A stretch of DNA of 64,000 nucleotides from an uncultured Actinomycetes bacterium. Lineage in GTDB: Bacteria; Actinomycetota; Thermoleophilia; Solirubrobacterales; 70-9. Position 1 is the first letter of the stretch. Every line of letters starts with the position of its first letter. Below, piece after piece: positions 45,895 to 54,538 of this stretch. The DNA is taken from contig CAWDAP010000002.1 in the NCBI GenBank assembly GCA_963800355.1, positions 2,608 through 66,607 of the forward strand, in the 5' to 3' direction. A program made the position numbers and the translations under genes. The notes beneath the pieces were generated by a model. The model ran no database searches. It saw only the letters and a list, made by a program, of their open reading frames with translations, and was not told the DNA's origin.

Positions 45895-46299
45895 TCAGGG
45901 CGCTCGCGGGATGTCCGGGGGAGCCGCCTCGTCCTCGCCGAAGACCGCGATCCCGTAGACGATCCAGCAGCAGAGGAAGAAGATGCCGAGCGACCACCAG
46001 GGATATGCGCCGCCGATCGAGAGCAGGGCTCCGATCGCACCGAGGCTGCCGGCGATGATGCCGATCGCCCGGCCGTAGACGTTGCCGGCCATCAGCGAGA
46101 GGCCGCCGGTGATCTGGATCGCGGCCAGGACTATCAGCACCCACCCGAGAACGTTCAGGTTGGTCAACACGTACCTCGTGTCGCCGACGTAGATGTGGGC
46201 TTCGGCCAGCGCGCCGATGCCGTAGATGAGGTTGAGGGTGCCGACGATCAACAGCATGATCGCGGCGAAGACGACCCGTCCTGCGCCTCGCATTTCCAT
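45895..46299 (-). CDS. small integral membrane protein (HdeD/DUF308-like, 4 TM)
   Basis: A good SD (AAGGAG) lies 6 nt upstream of ATG 46299. Four hydrophobic helices are present (..VVFAAIMLLIVGTLNLIYGIGAL..). Confidence 0.6.
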   Translation of the reverse strand: MEMRGAGRVVFAAIMLLIVGTLNLIYGIGALAEAHIYVGDTRYVLTNLNVLGWVLIVLAAIQITGGLSLMAGNVYGRAIGIIAGSLGAIGALLSIGGAYPWWSLGIFFLCCWIVYGIAVFGEDEAAPPDIPRAP

Positions 46300-46470
46300 T
46301 TCGACTCCTTTGCTCGGAATTTCCAACTCCCAACCTCCCACCCCCGGCGCCGCCCACCATCCGTACTCCGCCACAACGTGGCGGCGCCGCGAGCCGCCGC
46401 TGCTACCCTCGAAAGCCCGGGCAGGTCAAGTATTTCCAAGTGACACCCGGCTACCTAGGAGCTGTAACCG

Positions 46471-47529
46471 ATGTCGTCGCTCCCTCGCCGTTTGCGCATG
46501 CTGTGGAGAACGGGTGAGCAGGCTGCCTCCGACGCCGATCAGACGCTCTCGGAAACCGATCAGACCAGCTCCGATTCCGATCAGAGCCTCTCCGATCGCG
46601 ACCAAGCGGCGGCGCAGGCCGACCAGCAGGTCTCGGATCGGGAACAGGCCTTGGCCGATCGCCAGTTCGATGCCACCGACGCCTCGGTGCAGCCCAGCAG
46701 GTTGCCCGAGTATGAAAGGGCACACGCCGAGCGCGACGAAGGGACGATGTCGCGAGCGGCGACCGCTGCCGTTCGCTCGATGATCTCGTCCGAACGCGAT
46801 GCCCAGGCCGAGCAGCGCGACAATCAGGCACGCGACCGGGACCTGATCGCCGAGGAGCGCGACCAGGTCGCCGACCTCGCCGACCAGGAGGCAGCCGCCC
46901 TTGCCCGCGAGATCGGCAAGGCCGACACGTCCACCAAGCTGGCGCTGGAGGCTGCCGCCTCCGCACGCAGCCTCGCCGCAAGCGCCCGCAGCAAAGCGGC
47001 GCGCGACCGCGAACGGGCGGCGGGCGACCGCGAAGCGGCGGCGCGCGACCGCGAGTTCCTCCGCGACGAGATGGAGCGCTCCCAGATGGACGAGCTGACC
47101 GGCGCCTACAGGAGGGGCATGGGAGAAATCCTCCTCCGCCATGAGTTGGCACGAGCCAAACGCCTGGGCGCGTCGCTGACCCTCGCCTTCGTCGATGCCG
47201 ACCGGCTGAAGGAGACCAACACCCGGTCGGGCCACGCAGCCGGCGACGTCCTGCTTCGCCAGGTCTGCAGCGGTCTTCAAGCAAGGCTCCGTCCCTACGA
47301 TCCGATCGTCCGCTGGGGCGGCGACGAGTTCGTCTGCACCATCTCCGGCGTCATCCCCGCGGAGGCCCGGATTCGCATCGAACAGGCGGAGGTGGACCTC
47401 CGAGCCCTCGATCCTCCGGTCTCCATCACCTTCGGCGTGGCAGCGATGGAGCCCGGCGACAACCTCGCCGCTCTCGTGGGCCGCGCGGACGCCGCCCAAC
47501 GCGAGGCGAAGGGCAAGAAGCGAGGCTAG
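46471..47529 (+). CDS. diguanylate cyclase (GGDEF) with N-terminal acidic heptad-repeat coiled coil
   Basis: The C-terminal GGDEF domain (DELTGAYRRG...FVDADRLKETN...RWGGDEF) has an intact RxxD I-site (RPYD) 5 residues upstream of the GGDEF motif. Confidence 0.8.
   Translation: MSSLPRRLRMLWRTGEQAASDADQTLSETDQTSSDSDQSLSDRDQAAAQADQQVSDREQALADRQFDATDASVQPSRLPEYERAHAERDEGTMSRAATAAVRSMISSERDAQAEQRDNQARDRDLIAEERDQVADLADQEAAALAREIGKADTSTKLALEAAASARSLAASARSKAARDRERAAGDREAAARDREFLRDEMERSQMDELTGAYRRGMGEILLRHELARAKRLGASLTLAFVDADRLKETNTRSGHAAGDVLLRQVCSGLQARLRPYDPIVRWGGDEFVCTISGVIPAEARIRIEQAEVDLRALDPPVSITFGVAAMEPGDNLAALVGRADAAQREAKGKKRG
46531..46677 (+). repeat. seven tandem 21-nt units encoding (D/E/Q)x(D/E)Qxxx heptads
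   Basis: DADQTLS ETDQTSS DSDQSLS DRDQAAA QADQQVS DREQALA DRQFDAT, read in frame of the GGDEF gene. Confidence 0.8.
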
Positions 47530-47695
47530 CCCCCGGGCTGGCAATGGACTCTGGCACCTGCCCCCGCCAGACATCCCCCTTATTCACCACGAAGTGCGAC
47601 GATACGCGGGGATCAGCGGCGATTCGGGCACTTCCCGGCAAGCAGTGCCTCGCTTCGCGCGCCGTTTCCAACCGCGCCCAAGCCGACACCCGCGA

Positions 47696-48085
47696 CTAGG
47701 ACGGCGTCGCCGACCAGGGCGGACGGAGCCCTTCCAGCATCGGGAAGTGCTTCACATTCAGCGTCGCGAACTCGGCGCCCTCCTCCTCCGCCGTGGCCGC
47801 AATCAGGTAGTCGGCGAGGTCGATCCCGGGATGAGAGCGTCGGAAGCGGCGCAGGTGGCGACCTGCCCGCCGGGCGATCGCATCGGTGACCGGGAGCAGG
47901 CGCAACCCGTCGAACAGGCGACTGACGTCACGGCGTTCGCCCGAGCGCATCCCACCCTCGATCTCAGCGCGCGAGATCACGCTCGCGAGCGCTCCCTCCG
48001 CGGAGGCGTCAAGCAGCAGGTCCGTCGCGCGTCCGTCGCCGCGTAGGTGCGCAATCAGGATCGTCGAGTCGAACAGAGTGCTCAA
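47696..48085 (-). CDS. vapC: type II toxin VapC (PIN domain)
   Basis: STLFDSTILIAHLRG... with the conserved acidic residues. The TTG start overlaps the vapB stop (TTGA). Confidence 0.75.
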   Translation of the reverse strand: MSTLFDSTILIAHLRGDGRATDLLLDASAEGALASVISRAEIEGGMRSGERRDVSRLFDGLRLLPVTDAIARRAGRHLRRFRRSHPGIDLADYLIAATAEEEGAEFATLNVKHFPMLEGLRPPWSATPS

Positions 48086-48342
48086 TGCTCGAGGCTTTTG
48101 AGCCGCTCGTCCGCCCCGCCGCCACGCACCTGCGACAACCAAGACTTCCAGTCCTCGGCGTCGGGAAGGACGCCCGCGGTGGCACGAATCGCCCGCCGCC
48201 GTTCCTCTGCCCCGTCGTCGACCCCCAGGCCCTCATCGAGCATGCGCCGGATCACCTGCGCCTTCGACATCCCGGCATCAGCGGCGCGTGACGCGATTCG
48301 CCGCTCCTGCTCCTCGGTGATGTAGATTTGGGTGCGCAGCAT
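48082..48342 (-). CDS. vapB: ribbon-helix-helix antitoxin (VapB/CopG-like)
   Basis: MLRTQIYITEEQERRIASRAADAGMSKAQVIRRMLDEGL. AT-rich palindromes (GTATAC, CATATG) lie just upstream. Confidence 0.7.
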   Translation of the reverse strand: MLRTQIYITEEQERRIASRAADAGMSKAQVIRRMLDEGLGVDDGAEERRRAIRATAGVLPDAEDWKSWLSQVRGGGADERLKSLEH

Positions 48343-48696
48343 ATACAGCAACAGTATACATCATATGAGATCCTCGGGGCACTTTCGCTGAGCTTTCGGT
48401 GAGAAGTGCATCGTTTCGCGCGGCATTTTCAACCCGGCGCAGCCACGACACGAAGGGCGAAGTGATCGGCCCTCTCGCTACCTTCCCATCCTTGTCCAAT
48501 GCTCGTGCACCAACCGAACCGCCTCCTCCTCGCTCAGCCCTTCAGCTCTTCCGCAAGAACATCGTCATTCGATATGAGTTGATCAGCCACGCTCGGCCCT
48601 CGAAAGCTCCGACAACAAGCTTGTAATTGGCCATTCAAGCCACTCCTTCGCCTTGCCGATCATGGCGATCGGCCGGAAGCTTTTGTCGGAGCGCAG

Positions 48697-48741
48697 AGGG
48701 GTGGCAGACGGGATTCGAACCCGCGACCGCCGGCACCACAA
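48697..48741 (-). repeat. 45-bp duplicate of the 3' part of tRNA-His (att-like direct repeat, distal copy)
   Basis: AGGGGTGGCAGACGGGATTCGAACCCGCGACCGCCGGCACCACAA is identical to 54462-54506. The upstream tRNA half is absent here. Confidence 0.85.
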
Positions 48742-48876
48742 TTAAGCGGCTTCGGGCGGAGCCCTTCCCAGATTCCGCATTATCAGCGGCTGCGGGCGGA
48801 ATCCGAGCCGCAAGCACAGAGCTAATAGACGTTGAGCCGTGGATTGACGACCGCTGATTTAGCTAATAACTGAGGC

Positions 48877-49572
48877 ATGGCTGAACTCTCCAACCGCGAC
48901 GAAGAGATACTGGCGATTCTCGTTGAGCTATCTGAAGACACCCCAGACAGGGGCTTCGAGATATCGCCAGGCGCAGACAGCCTTGGATCACCGCCCTGGC
49001 CAGAAGACAAAAGAGGTCCAACGCGAGATGAGATCCGAAATCTAGTCAATCGCGACTTCCTCGAAATCGACAAGGATGCTCAGCCAATCTGGCGCTTCTG
49101 GCCTTCGGCGCAAGCGCGTGAGCGCTTTGCTGGTGCGGCTGAGCAGACCCTGGCCGAGGCATTAACGGACCCCGACCAGCGACTCGCCGTGATCCTGAAG
49201 GCTGTCGTCGATGCTTTCGAGCAGGACCCGGTCACCCCGCTACTACTTTTACGCACCAATTCCGTCGACATCGTCCGGCACCCCACATGGGGCATCCCCC
49301 CCGAGGTTGTCCGGCTACATGATCTGCGACAGCTCGAAGAACTAGGGCTGATTGGTTGGGAGGACGAGACCCGGTTCTATCCGACTCCATGGGGCCGAAT
49401 GGCCGTACGCAATCCTGTCGCGCTTCTCAGCCAGCGAGCCGATCAGGCCGAGGACGAGGAGGAGCGCTCGAGGCTTCGGCGATGGGTGGAGAAGATCCGC
49501 GCAGGAGATGTCGCGGTTGGGACCGCAAGTGGCTTGACCGGCGCTGTGATCCGCGCGTTATTGGGGTTCTAG
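48877..49572 (+). CDS. hypothetical protein with two winged-helix-like segments
   Basis: The N-terminus is EEILAILVEL...TRDEIRNLVNRDFLEID. The C-terminus is LHDLRQLEELGLIGWEDETRFYPTPWGRMAV. It lies 37 nt upstream of the PIN-like gene. Confidence 0.5.
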   Translation: MAELSNRDEEILAILVELSEDTPDRGFEISPGADSLGSPPWPEDKRGPTRDEIRNLVNRDFLEIDKDAQPIWRFWPSAQARERFAGAAEQTLAEALTDPDQRLAVILKAVVDAFEQDPVTPLLLLRTNSVDIVRHPTWGIPPEVVRLHDLRQLEELGLIGWEDETRFYPTPWGRMAVRNPVALLSQRADQAEDEEERSRLRRWVEKIRAGDVAVGTASGLTGAVIRALLGF

Positions 49573-49609
49573 CTATGTCGTCGAACCGCAAGGGGCGCGG
49601 CTGATAGCC

Positions 49610-50662
49610 GTGGCCATCTATCTCGACGCGAATCTGCTGTGGTCCTGGCTGCGTTTTACGGAGCCGGAGCGACTTGCTGTCAGCATCGTCGCCAATCAGC
49701 TTGGCCAAGAGGTCTTGGTTCCATCTGTCGCAGTGGCCGAGGCCGAAGAGGATCTTCGCCGGCGCATCCAAGAGGAGCTCAGCAAGCTTGACAGCGCGAA
49801 AGCGGGCCTCGAACGGATCATGCATGAGAATCTCGAGATCTTCCCCGAGCCGATGCCTGTCATAGACGAGCAGCTCGAAGTCTGGAGAGAGAGGTTGGAG
49901 GAGTTCGCGACGATTCTTCCGCTCACCGACGAGGATGCCCAGCTCGCCCTCAGGCGCGAGATAGAAGGACGCCGCCCCGCCCGACCACGCGAAAAGGGGA
50001 AGCACGGGGCTGGCGGCCGCGACGCCGCTGTATGGCTGACCCTCCTGCGCGACCATCGCGAGCGCGGCGAGCCGGGACACCTCCTCTCCGGCGACAAGAA
50101 GGCATTTTCCGATGGCAAGGACACGCTGCACCCCGATCTCGTTCGCGAGGTAGAGCTTGAAGGGGGCGAAGAAATTACCTATTACAACGACGCAGCCAAG
50201 CTGATCGAACAAGTTGGCGAACAAGGTCCCCATCGAGACCTGGATCTTCCCTCGCTTCAGAGCCTCGCCTTCAACTCGATCCAATCGGGCCTGCGACATT
50301 CACCCTTGCCTCCACGCGCTCTCTGGATCGAGCAAGACCCGGAGCTTCGGTACAGCACCGAGATAAGCAAAGCCGAGTTACTCGAGGTCGTGAGTCAACA
50401 CCGCTATGTACGCGACGACCGAGCAGTCCTCGCCGTGAATAGCCGCTGGCGCCTGGAAGTAGATTCGTTTTGGCAGCGGCGTGATACGGAAATGCCAGGC
50501 ACCTGGTCCGGGGTTGGAGGCAACATGATCGATGCCGAACTCCAGCTGCTCATAGAGGAAGACTTAGGAGAGCTGCGTGCGACCGAGCTGATTGGCGCGG
50601 AGCTCACCAGCTCTGCCAGCCTCTCGATGATGAGCGATGGCAGCATCATCTCGATTGGGTGA
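49610..50662 (+). CDS. PIN-like nuclease domain protein (DUF4935/PIN_12-type) with unknown about 150-aa C-terminal domain
   Basis: Acidic residues sit in PIN order: IYLDANLL, VAEAEED, GGRDAAVWLTLL, LSGDKKAF. A helical insert separates them. Confidence 0.5.
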   Translation: MAIYLDANLLWSWLRFTEPERLAVSIVANQLGQEVLVPSVAVAEAEEDLRRRIQEELSKLDSAKAGLERIMHENLEIFPEPMPVIDEQLEVWRERLEEFATILPLTDEDAQLALRREIEGRRPARPREKGKHGAGGRDAAVWLTLLRDHRERGEPGHLLSGDKKAFSDGKDTLHPDLVREVELEGGEEITYYNDAAKLIEQVGEQGPHRDLDLPSLQSLAFNSIQSGLRHSPLPPRALWIEQDPELRYSTEISKAELLEVVSQHRYVRDDRAVLAVNSRWRLEVDSFWQRRDTEMPGTWSGVGGNMIDAELQLLIEEDLGELRATELIGAELTSSASLSMMSDGSIISIG

Positions 50663-50690
50663 TTGAACGCTTCAAGCGTCAGCTTTTCAT

Positions 50691-51302
50691 TTACGAGCGC
50701 GATGCTCCGGAGTCACCCGTGAATGACTCGGGACCCATGTCGCTGAAAGTGACCGCTTCGACGAGCTTCTCAAGCCGCTCTTGCACCCACAGAGGGGGCG
50801 GCTCAACACCAGGCAGTTCATCGACCAGCTCCATCCCCCTCTTCCAGACCTTGTCGGCGAGACCACTCGCCGACTGAGTGAATTCGATCAGCTCGATCAC
50901 ATGTGGCGCCATAGCCACCACGCCTCCATCGCCGAGTGCCGGCATGGCTTGGATCAGGAACCGGTGCGCGAGGCGGTTCCGGGGGCCTTCGAGAAACTTG
51001 TCCAGCTCCACCCTGGTTTCCTCATCCAGCTGATCGCCGACTCCCTGCTTTGCGTCGTTCAGCTTCATAGGCGCGGTGCCTTTGTTAAGCGATTCCCACA
51101 GCCTGGCTAGCCCTTTGCGTAGCTGCCTTCGGGCGCTGCCCGAACTCTTCGATGGGTCGTAGTTTCCAATTAGGTAGAGAAAGGAAACCGAGAACTCGAG
51201 CCGCTGGACTGCGATCATCGTCGCCCCATAGAGCGCTGCCAGCCATAGCCGGGTCTGCTCCAGGCCAATCTCTTCACGTTCGCCTCTTGGCGCTTCTGCC
51301 AT
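50691..51302 (-). CDS. hypothetical helical protein with HEPN-type Rx4H motif
   Basis: GPRNRLAHRFL (R-N-x-x-A-H, as in Abi-type HEPN RNases) in an all-helical 203-aa protein. Confidence 0.45.
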   Translation of the reverse strand: MAEAPRGEREEIGLEQTRLWLAALYGATMIAVQRLEFSVSFLYLIGNYDPSKSSGSARRQLRKGLARLWESLNKGTAPMKLNDAKQGVGDQLDEETRVELDKFLEGPRNRLAHRFLIQAMPALGDGGVVAMAPHVIELIEFTQSASGLADKVWKRGMELVDELPGVEPPPLWVQERLEKLVEAVTFSDMGPESFTGDSGASRS

Positions 51303-51581
51303 TGCCGCAGTATCTCCTCTCGCCTACCGGCGCGCGATCCTCCGGCGACCCAACAAGCATCCCCGCACAGAGGGCAAGCGACTGCTTCCTCGTCTTGCTG
51401 AATTCGTCACTCGACTCCTTCTCGCGACGCCGACGCATGAGACCAGTTCGTCCCGCTTCCGCCGAGCGGTTCTCGTGAGGGTTCGCAATGCTTAGCACCG
51501 ATGGGAAAGCGTCGCGACAAGGAGTCAAAGCAGCAGGCGCCACTAAGCGGTGGTGAGATTGCCGCGCTCAACAGGGCCTTT

Positions 51582-52966
51582 GGTCACGTCGGTAGAAGTG
51601 GTGTAACCGCCACGTTGGGGCCGGAACGAAGTTCCGGCCACCGCGGGCCCCAGACTCGTCGGTTGACCAGCAAGTCGACTGACGAAAGGAAGCACCACGA
51701 TGGCCGAGAGCCAAAGCATGACGAGCGCCGGGGTCGTAGCCAAGGCGCTGATCGAGGAGCACTCCGATTTCCTCCGGGAGTCGGTGACGATGATCGCCGC
51801 CGAGATCATGGAGGCCGAGATCGAGCGCCAGATCGGCGCCGGCAAAGGCGAGGTGAGCGAGGCCAGGGCCACCCACCGCAACGGCTACCGGCAAAGGCCC
51901 TGGGCGACCAGGGTCGGCGAGATCGAGCTGGCGGTTCCCAGAAAGCGCTCGGGCGAGAGCTACTTCCCGAGCTTCCTGGAGCCCCGCAAAAGAAGCGAGA
52001 AGGCGCTGCTCGGCGTGGTCATGGAGGCCTACGTCAACGGGGTCTCGACCCGCAAGGTCGACCACCTGGTCTCCGAGCTCGGCATCCATATGAGCAAGGA
52101 CCAGGTCTCCCGGATCTGCGGCGAGCTCGACGGTCAGGTCGAGGCCTTCCGCACCCGGCCCCTGGAGGGCGCCTACCCCTATCTCTGGCTCGACGCCAAG
52201 CACCTCAGGGTCAGAGACCGTGGCCACGTCCATTCCAAGGCGCTGATGGTCGCCTTCGCGGTGCACGAGTCCGGCAGGAGAGAGGTGATCGGCATCGAGA
52301 TCGCCGAGTCGGAGACCGAGGCCGGTTGGGCGGCGTTCCTGCGCGAGCTGGTGGCCCGCGGCCTGGAGGGGGTCAGGCTTGCCGTCTCCGACGATCACTT
52401 GGGCCTCAAGGCCGCGATCGCCAAGGTGATCGGCTGCCCCTGGCAGCGCTGCACCGTCCACTTCATAAGGAACATGCACGGCCACTGCAAGAAGGGCCAG
52501 CGCAACATGGTCTCCGCTGCCCTGCGCGAGGTCTTCAACGCCGAGGGCCTCGCCGATGCCCGGGAGCGCTCGGCGTCGGTCATCGAGCGCCTCTCACCGG
52601 TCGCGCCGAAGGTGGCAGCGCTGCTCACCGAGGCCGAGGACGACCTCCTCGCCTTCTACCGCTTCCCCTCTGCCCACTGGCCGAAGCTGCGCTCGACCAA
52701 CAACATCGAGCGCGTCAACAAGGAGATCGCCCGGCGCTCTGACGTCGTCGGCATCTTCCCCAACGACCGCTCGGTGATCCGCTTGATCGGGTCGCTGCTG
52801 ATCGAGCAAAACGACGAGTGGCTGCTTACCCGCGGCTACCTCTCCCAGGAGTCGATCGGTCTGGTCCTCGAGGACCAGACCGATGAAGCCGGAAGCGAGG
52901 TGGCTGCGCTGGAGCGATGAGAGAAGTGCCGGCGAGTCCCGTTACACCACAACTCGCGACTTGACT
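51582..52966 (+). mobile_element. IS256-family insertion sequence (1385 bp) with 8-bp target-site duplication
   Basis: Imperfect terminal IRs (GGTCACGTCGGTAGAAGTGGTGTAAC / reverse complement AGTCAAGTCGCGAGTTGTGGTGTAAC). The direct repeat GGGCCTTT is at 51574-51581 and 52967-52974. Confidence 0.85.
51700..52920 (+). CDS. IS256-family (Mutator-type) transposase
   Basis: 406 aa with family-typical blocks (RNGYR.R...T..G.I.L.VP..R.G.YFPS.LE; YLWLDA; DDH.GLK.AI; RCTVHF.RN; STN.IER.N.EI.RR). Confidence 0.9.
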   Translation: MAESQSMTSAGVVAKALIEEHSDFLRESVTMIAAEIMEAEIERQIGAGKGEVSEARATHRNGYRQRPWATRVGEIELAVPRKRSGESYFPSFLEPRKRSEKALLGVVMEAYVNGVSTRKVDHLVSELGIHMSKDQVSRICGELDGQVEAFRTRPLEGAYPYLWLDAKHLRVRDRGHVHSKALMVAFAVHESGRREVIGIEIAESETEAGWAAFLRELVARGLEGVRLAVSDDHLGLKAAIAKVIGCPWQRCTVHFIRNMHGHCKKGQRNMVSAALREVFNAEGLADARERSASVIERLSPVAPKVAALLTEAEDDLLAFYRFPSAHWPKLRSTNNIERVNKEIARRSDVVGIFPNDRSVIRLIGSLLIEQNDEWLLTRGYLSQESIGLVLEDQTDEAGSEVAALER

Positions 52967-53993
52967 GGGCCTTTTACGGAACCGATCCGGCGGAGCATTT
53001 CAGCCGCCGTTTTCATCTGCTTCTGGCGCAGGCGAGCCAAAGCGATGCAGAGCTTCGAGCCGAAGATAAGGAGTACAAGTTCGGAAAGATCTCTATGACC
53101 GTCCCATCGGTCACCGAGGGTGAGGTCGATGAAGACGCCCATAAGCGTTTCGTGCTTTTGGAGGCGGAGCTATTTATCCATCATGCAGCCGAGACGTTGA
53201 TGCGCCTCTATTTCGCTCACTCGTGCAACGCCCCGGCGCCCTGGATCGAGATGGCGAAACTTCGAGGACCGGGTGAGTTCACGCGAAGGCTGAAGGCCTT
53301 CCGCAAGGAGCGGCAGAAGGAGAGCGTGCTGACTCAGATACGACTTGTCTTCTTTGGTTACAAACAATTCCCGCAGGAGTGGAGTGAAGAGAAGGCCGCC
53401 GAGAACGAAGCGGCTCTTGTGAGAGTCGCCGACTACCTCGACTATTTCTCAGAAGTGCTCCTTCAGCGCGGGCAGACCTATAACGCCGTAAAGCACGGGC
53501 TGGCCGTCGAAGCGGGGGAGTCTGCGATTGCGGTCCGCGAGATCGAAGAGCTGTCGGCCAGCGGGCCCTCGATCGCGTACCTCGACCGCGCGCGCGATGA
53601 GGAAAAGAAAAGCTTTTGGGCTGTGAAGACCCGCTGGATCCCGCTTGAGTTTGACATCACCCTGGCCTACGTTGGCACCCAACTCCTCAATGCACTCTGG
53701 ACGGTGGCGCGCATCCGCTACGTGAAATGGCCCATCCCGAAAGATGGTCAGCGCCTGTCGATCCCGACGGTTTCCTTAGGAGATGTCAGAAAGGCGGCAG
53801 CAATGCCGACCATCCAAATTGACGAGGTCGCGTTTCCAGCGGAGATGCATTGCCCCCCCGGTGCCGGGGCTGACTCCAAAATTGCAAGCCTCAACGAGGA
53901 AGCCAAGAAGGACACGGACGGCTAAACCCGAGCATCCATTCGGGGTGACCACGGCTCGGCCTTACTGCTGGGTCACCCCGTCGAGGAGGAGCT

Positions 53994-54290
53994 TCACGCC
54001 AAGGCGGCCTGGTCGCGCCTCCAGGCTGCTTCGGCCTCATCGGCGTCTTCGGTGTTGAGGGCGATGTGTTGATCAATCTCGTCGGGGAAGGCGCCGTAGT
54101 AGCGGACCGCGGTCCGCACTTGAGAGTCGGTGAGGTTGAGAAGCTCGGCGGTGGCGGTGATCGCCTCCTCCCCACTCGTGTTGCCGCTCTTGAGCGTCGC
54201 CATGAGCTCCCAGATATCTGGGCCGCCGGTCAAGGCGGCGCGGCGGCCGGTGGGACCATCACGGAAGACAATGCCGCGGAACTCATCCAT
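53994..54290 (-). CDS. small DUF433-like protein
   Basis: GRRAALTGGPDIWELMATL..G.S.EEA....LNLTDSQVRTAVRYYGAFPDEID resembles the DUF433 pattern. Confidence 0.4.
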   Translation of the reverse strand: MDEFRGIVFRDGPTGRRAALTGGPDIWELMATLKSGNTSGEEAITATAELLNLTDSQVRTAVRYYGAFPDEIDQHIALNTEDADEAEAAWRRDQAALA

Positions 54291-54464
54291 TCGTTCACCG
54301 TAGCCAACGACGTTTTATGTCACGGAATCGGCGCCTATCGCCGCGCATTCCCGCCTATTCACCATCGATCAGGCAGAAACTGCCTGATCGGGAGCGAAAT
54401 TTGGGTCCGGTTTAAACCCATCCGGCCAACCCCGACATGCCGATTTGCGGGGGATTCGATTAGG

Positions 54465-54538
54465 GGTGGCAGACGGGATTCGAACCCGCGACCGCCGGCA
54501 CCACAAGCCGGAGCTCTACCAACTGAGCTACTGCCACC
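54465..54538 (-). tRNA. tRNA-His: tRNA-His (anticodon GTG)
   Basis: The cloverleaf can be read by eye. It has G-1, acceptor GTGGCAG/CTGCCAC and D arm GCTC-AGTTGGTA-GAGC. The anticodon arm is CCGGC-TTGTGGT-GCCGG and the T loop is TTCGAAT. The discriminator is C opposite G-1, a His hallmark. Confidence 0.9.

Larger units (their letters stand above)
51501..53925 (+). pseudogene. hypothetical gene interrupted by IS256 (reconstructed 343 aa; intact distal ORF 53095-53925)
   Basis: 27 codons (51501-51581) are in frame with 52975-53925 once the IS and one TSD copy are removed. There is no stop in the joined frame. Confidence 0.5.
48697..54506. mobile_element. tRNA-His-associated genomic island (integrase-less remnant)
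   Basis: Bounded by the perfect 45-bp direct repeat. It has visibly lower GC and different codon style from the flanks and carries an IS256 copy. No recombinase ORF is visible. Confidence 0.7.

Noticed and set aside
48400-48640. Small minus-strand gene between vapB and the att repeat
   Set aside because: Three short pieces (MANYKLVVGAFEGRA.., ..ADQLISNDDVLAEELKG*, LSEEEAVRLVHEHWTRMGR*) lie in three different frames. This is at best a frameshifted remnant of a small antitoxin-like gene, and no intact ORF exists.
48697-48741. A second functional tRNA gene
   Set aside because: Only the 3' 45 nt of tRNA-His are present. Upstream sequence cannot form the D arm or the 5' acceptor strand, so this is an att-type remnant.
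48742-54461. An integrase or excisionase inside the island
   Set aside because: No frame shows tyrosine-recombinase (R..HxxR..Y) or serine-recombinase N-terminal motifs. The only recombinase-type gene is the IS256 transposase, which belongs to the inserted IS rather than to the island.
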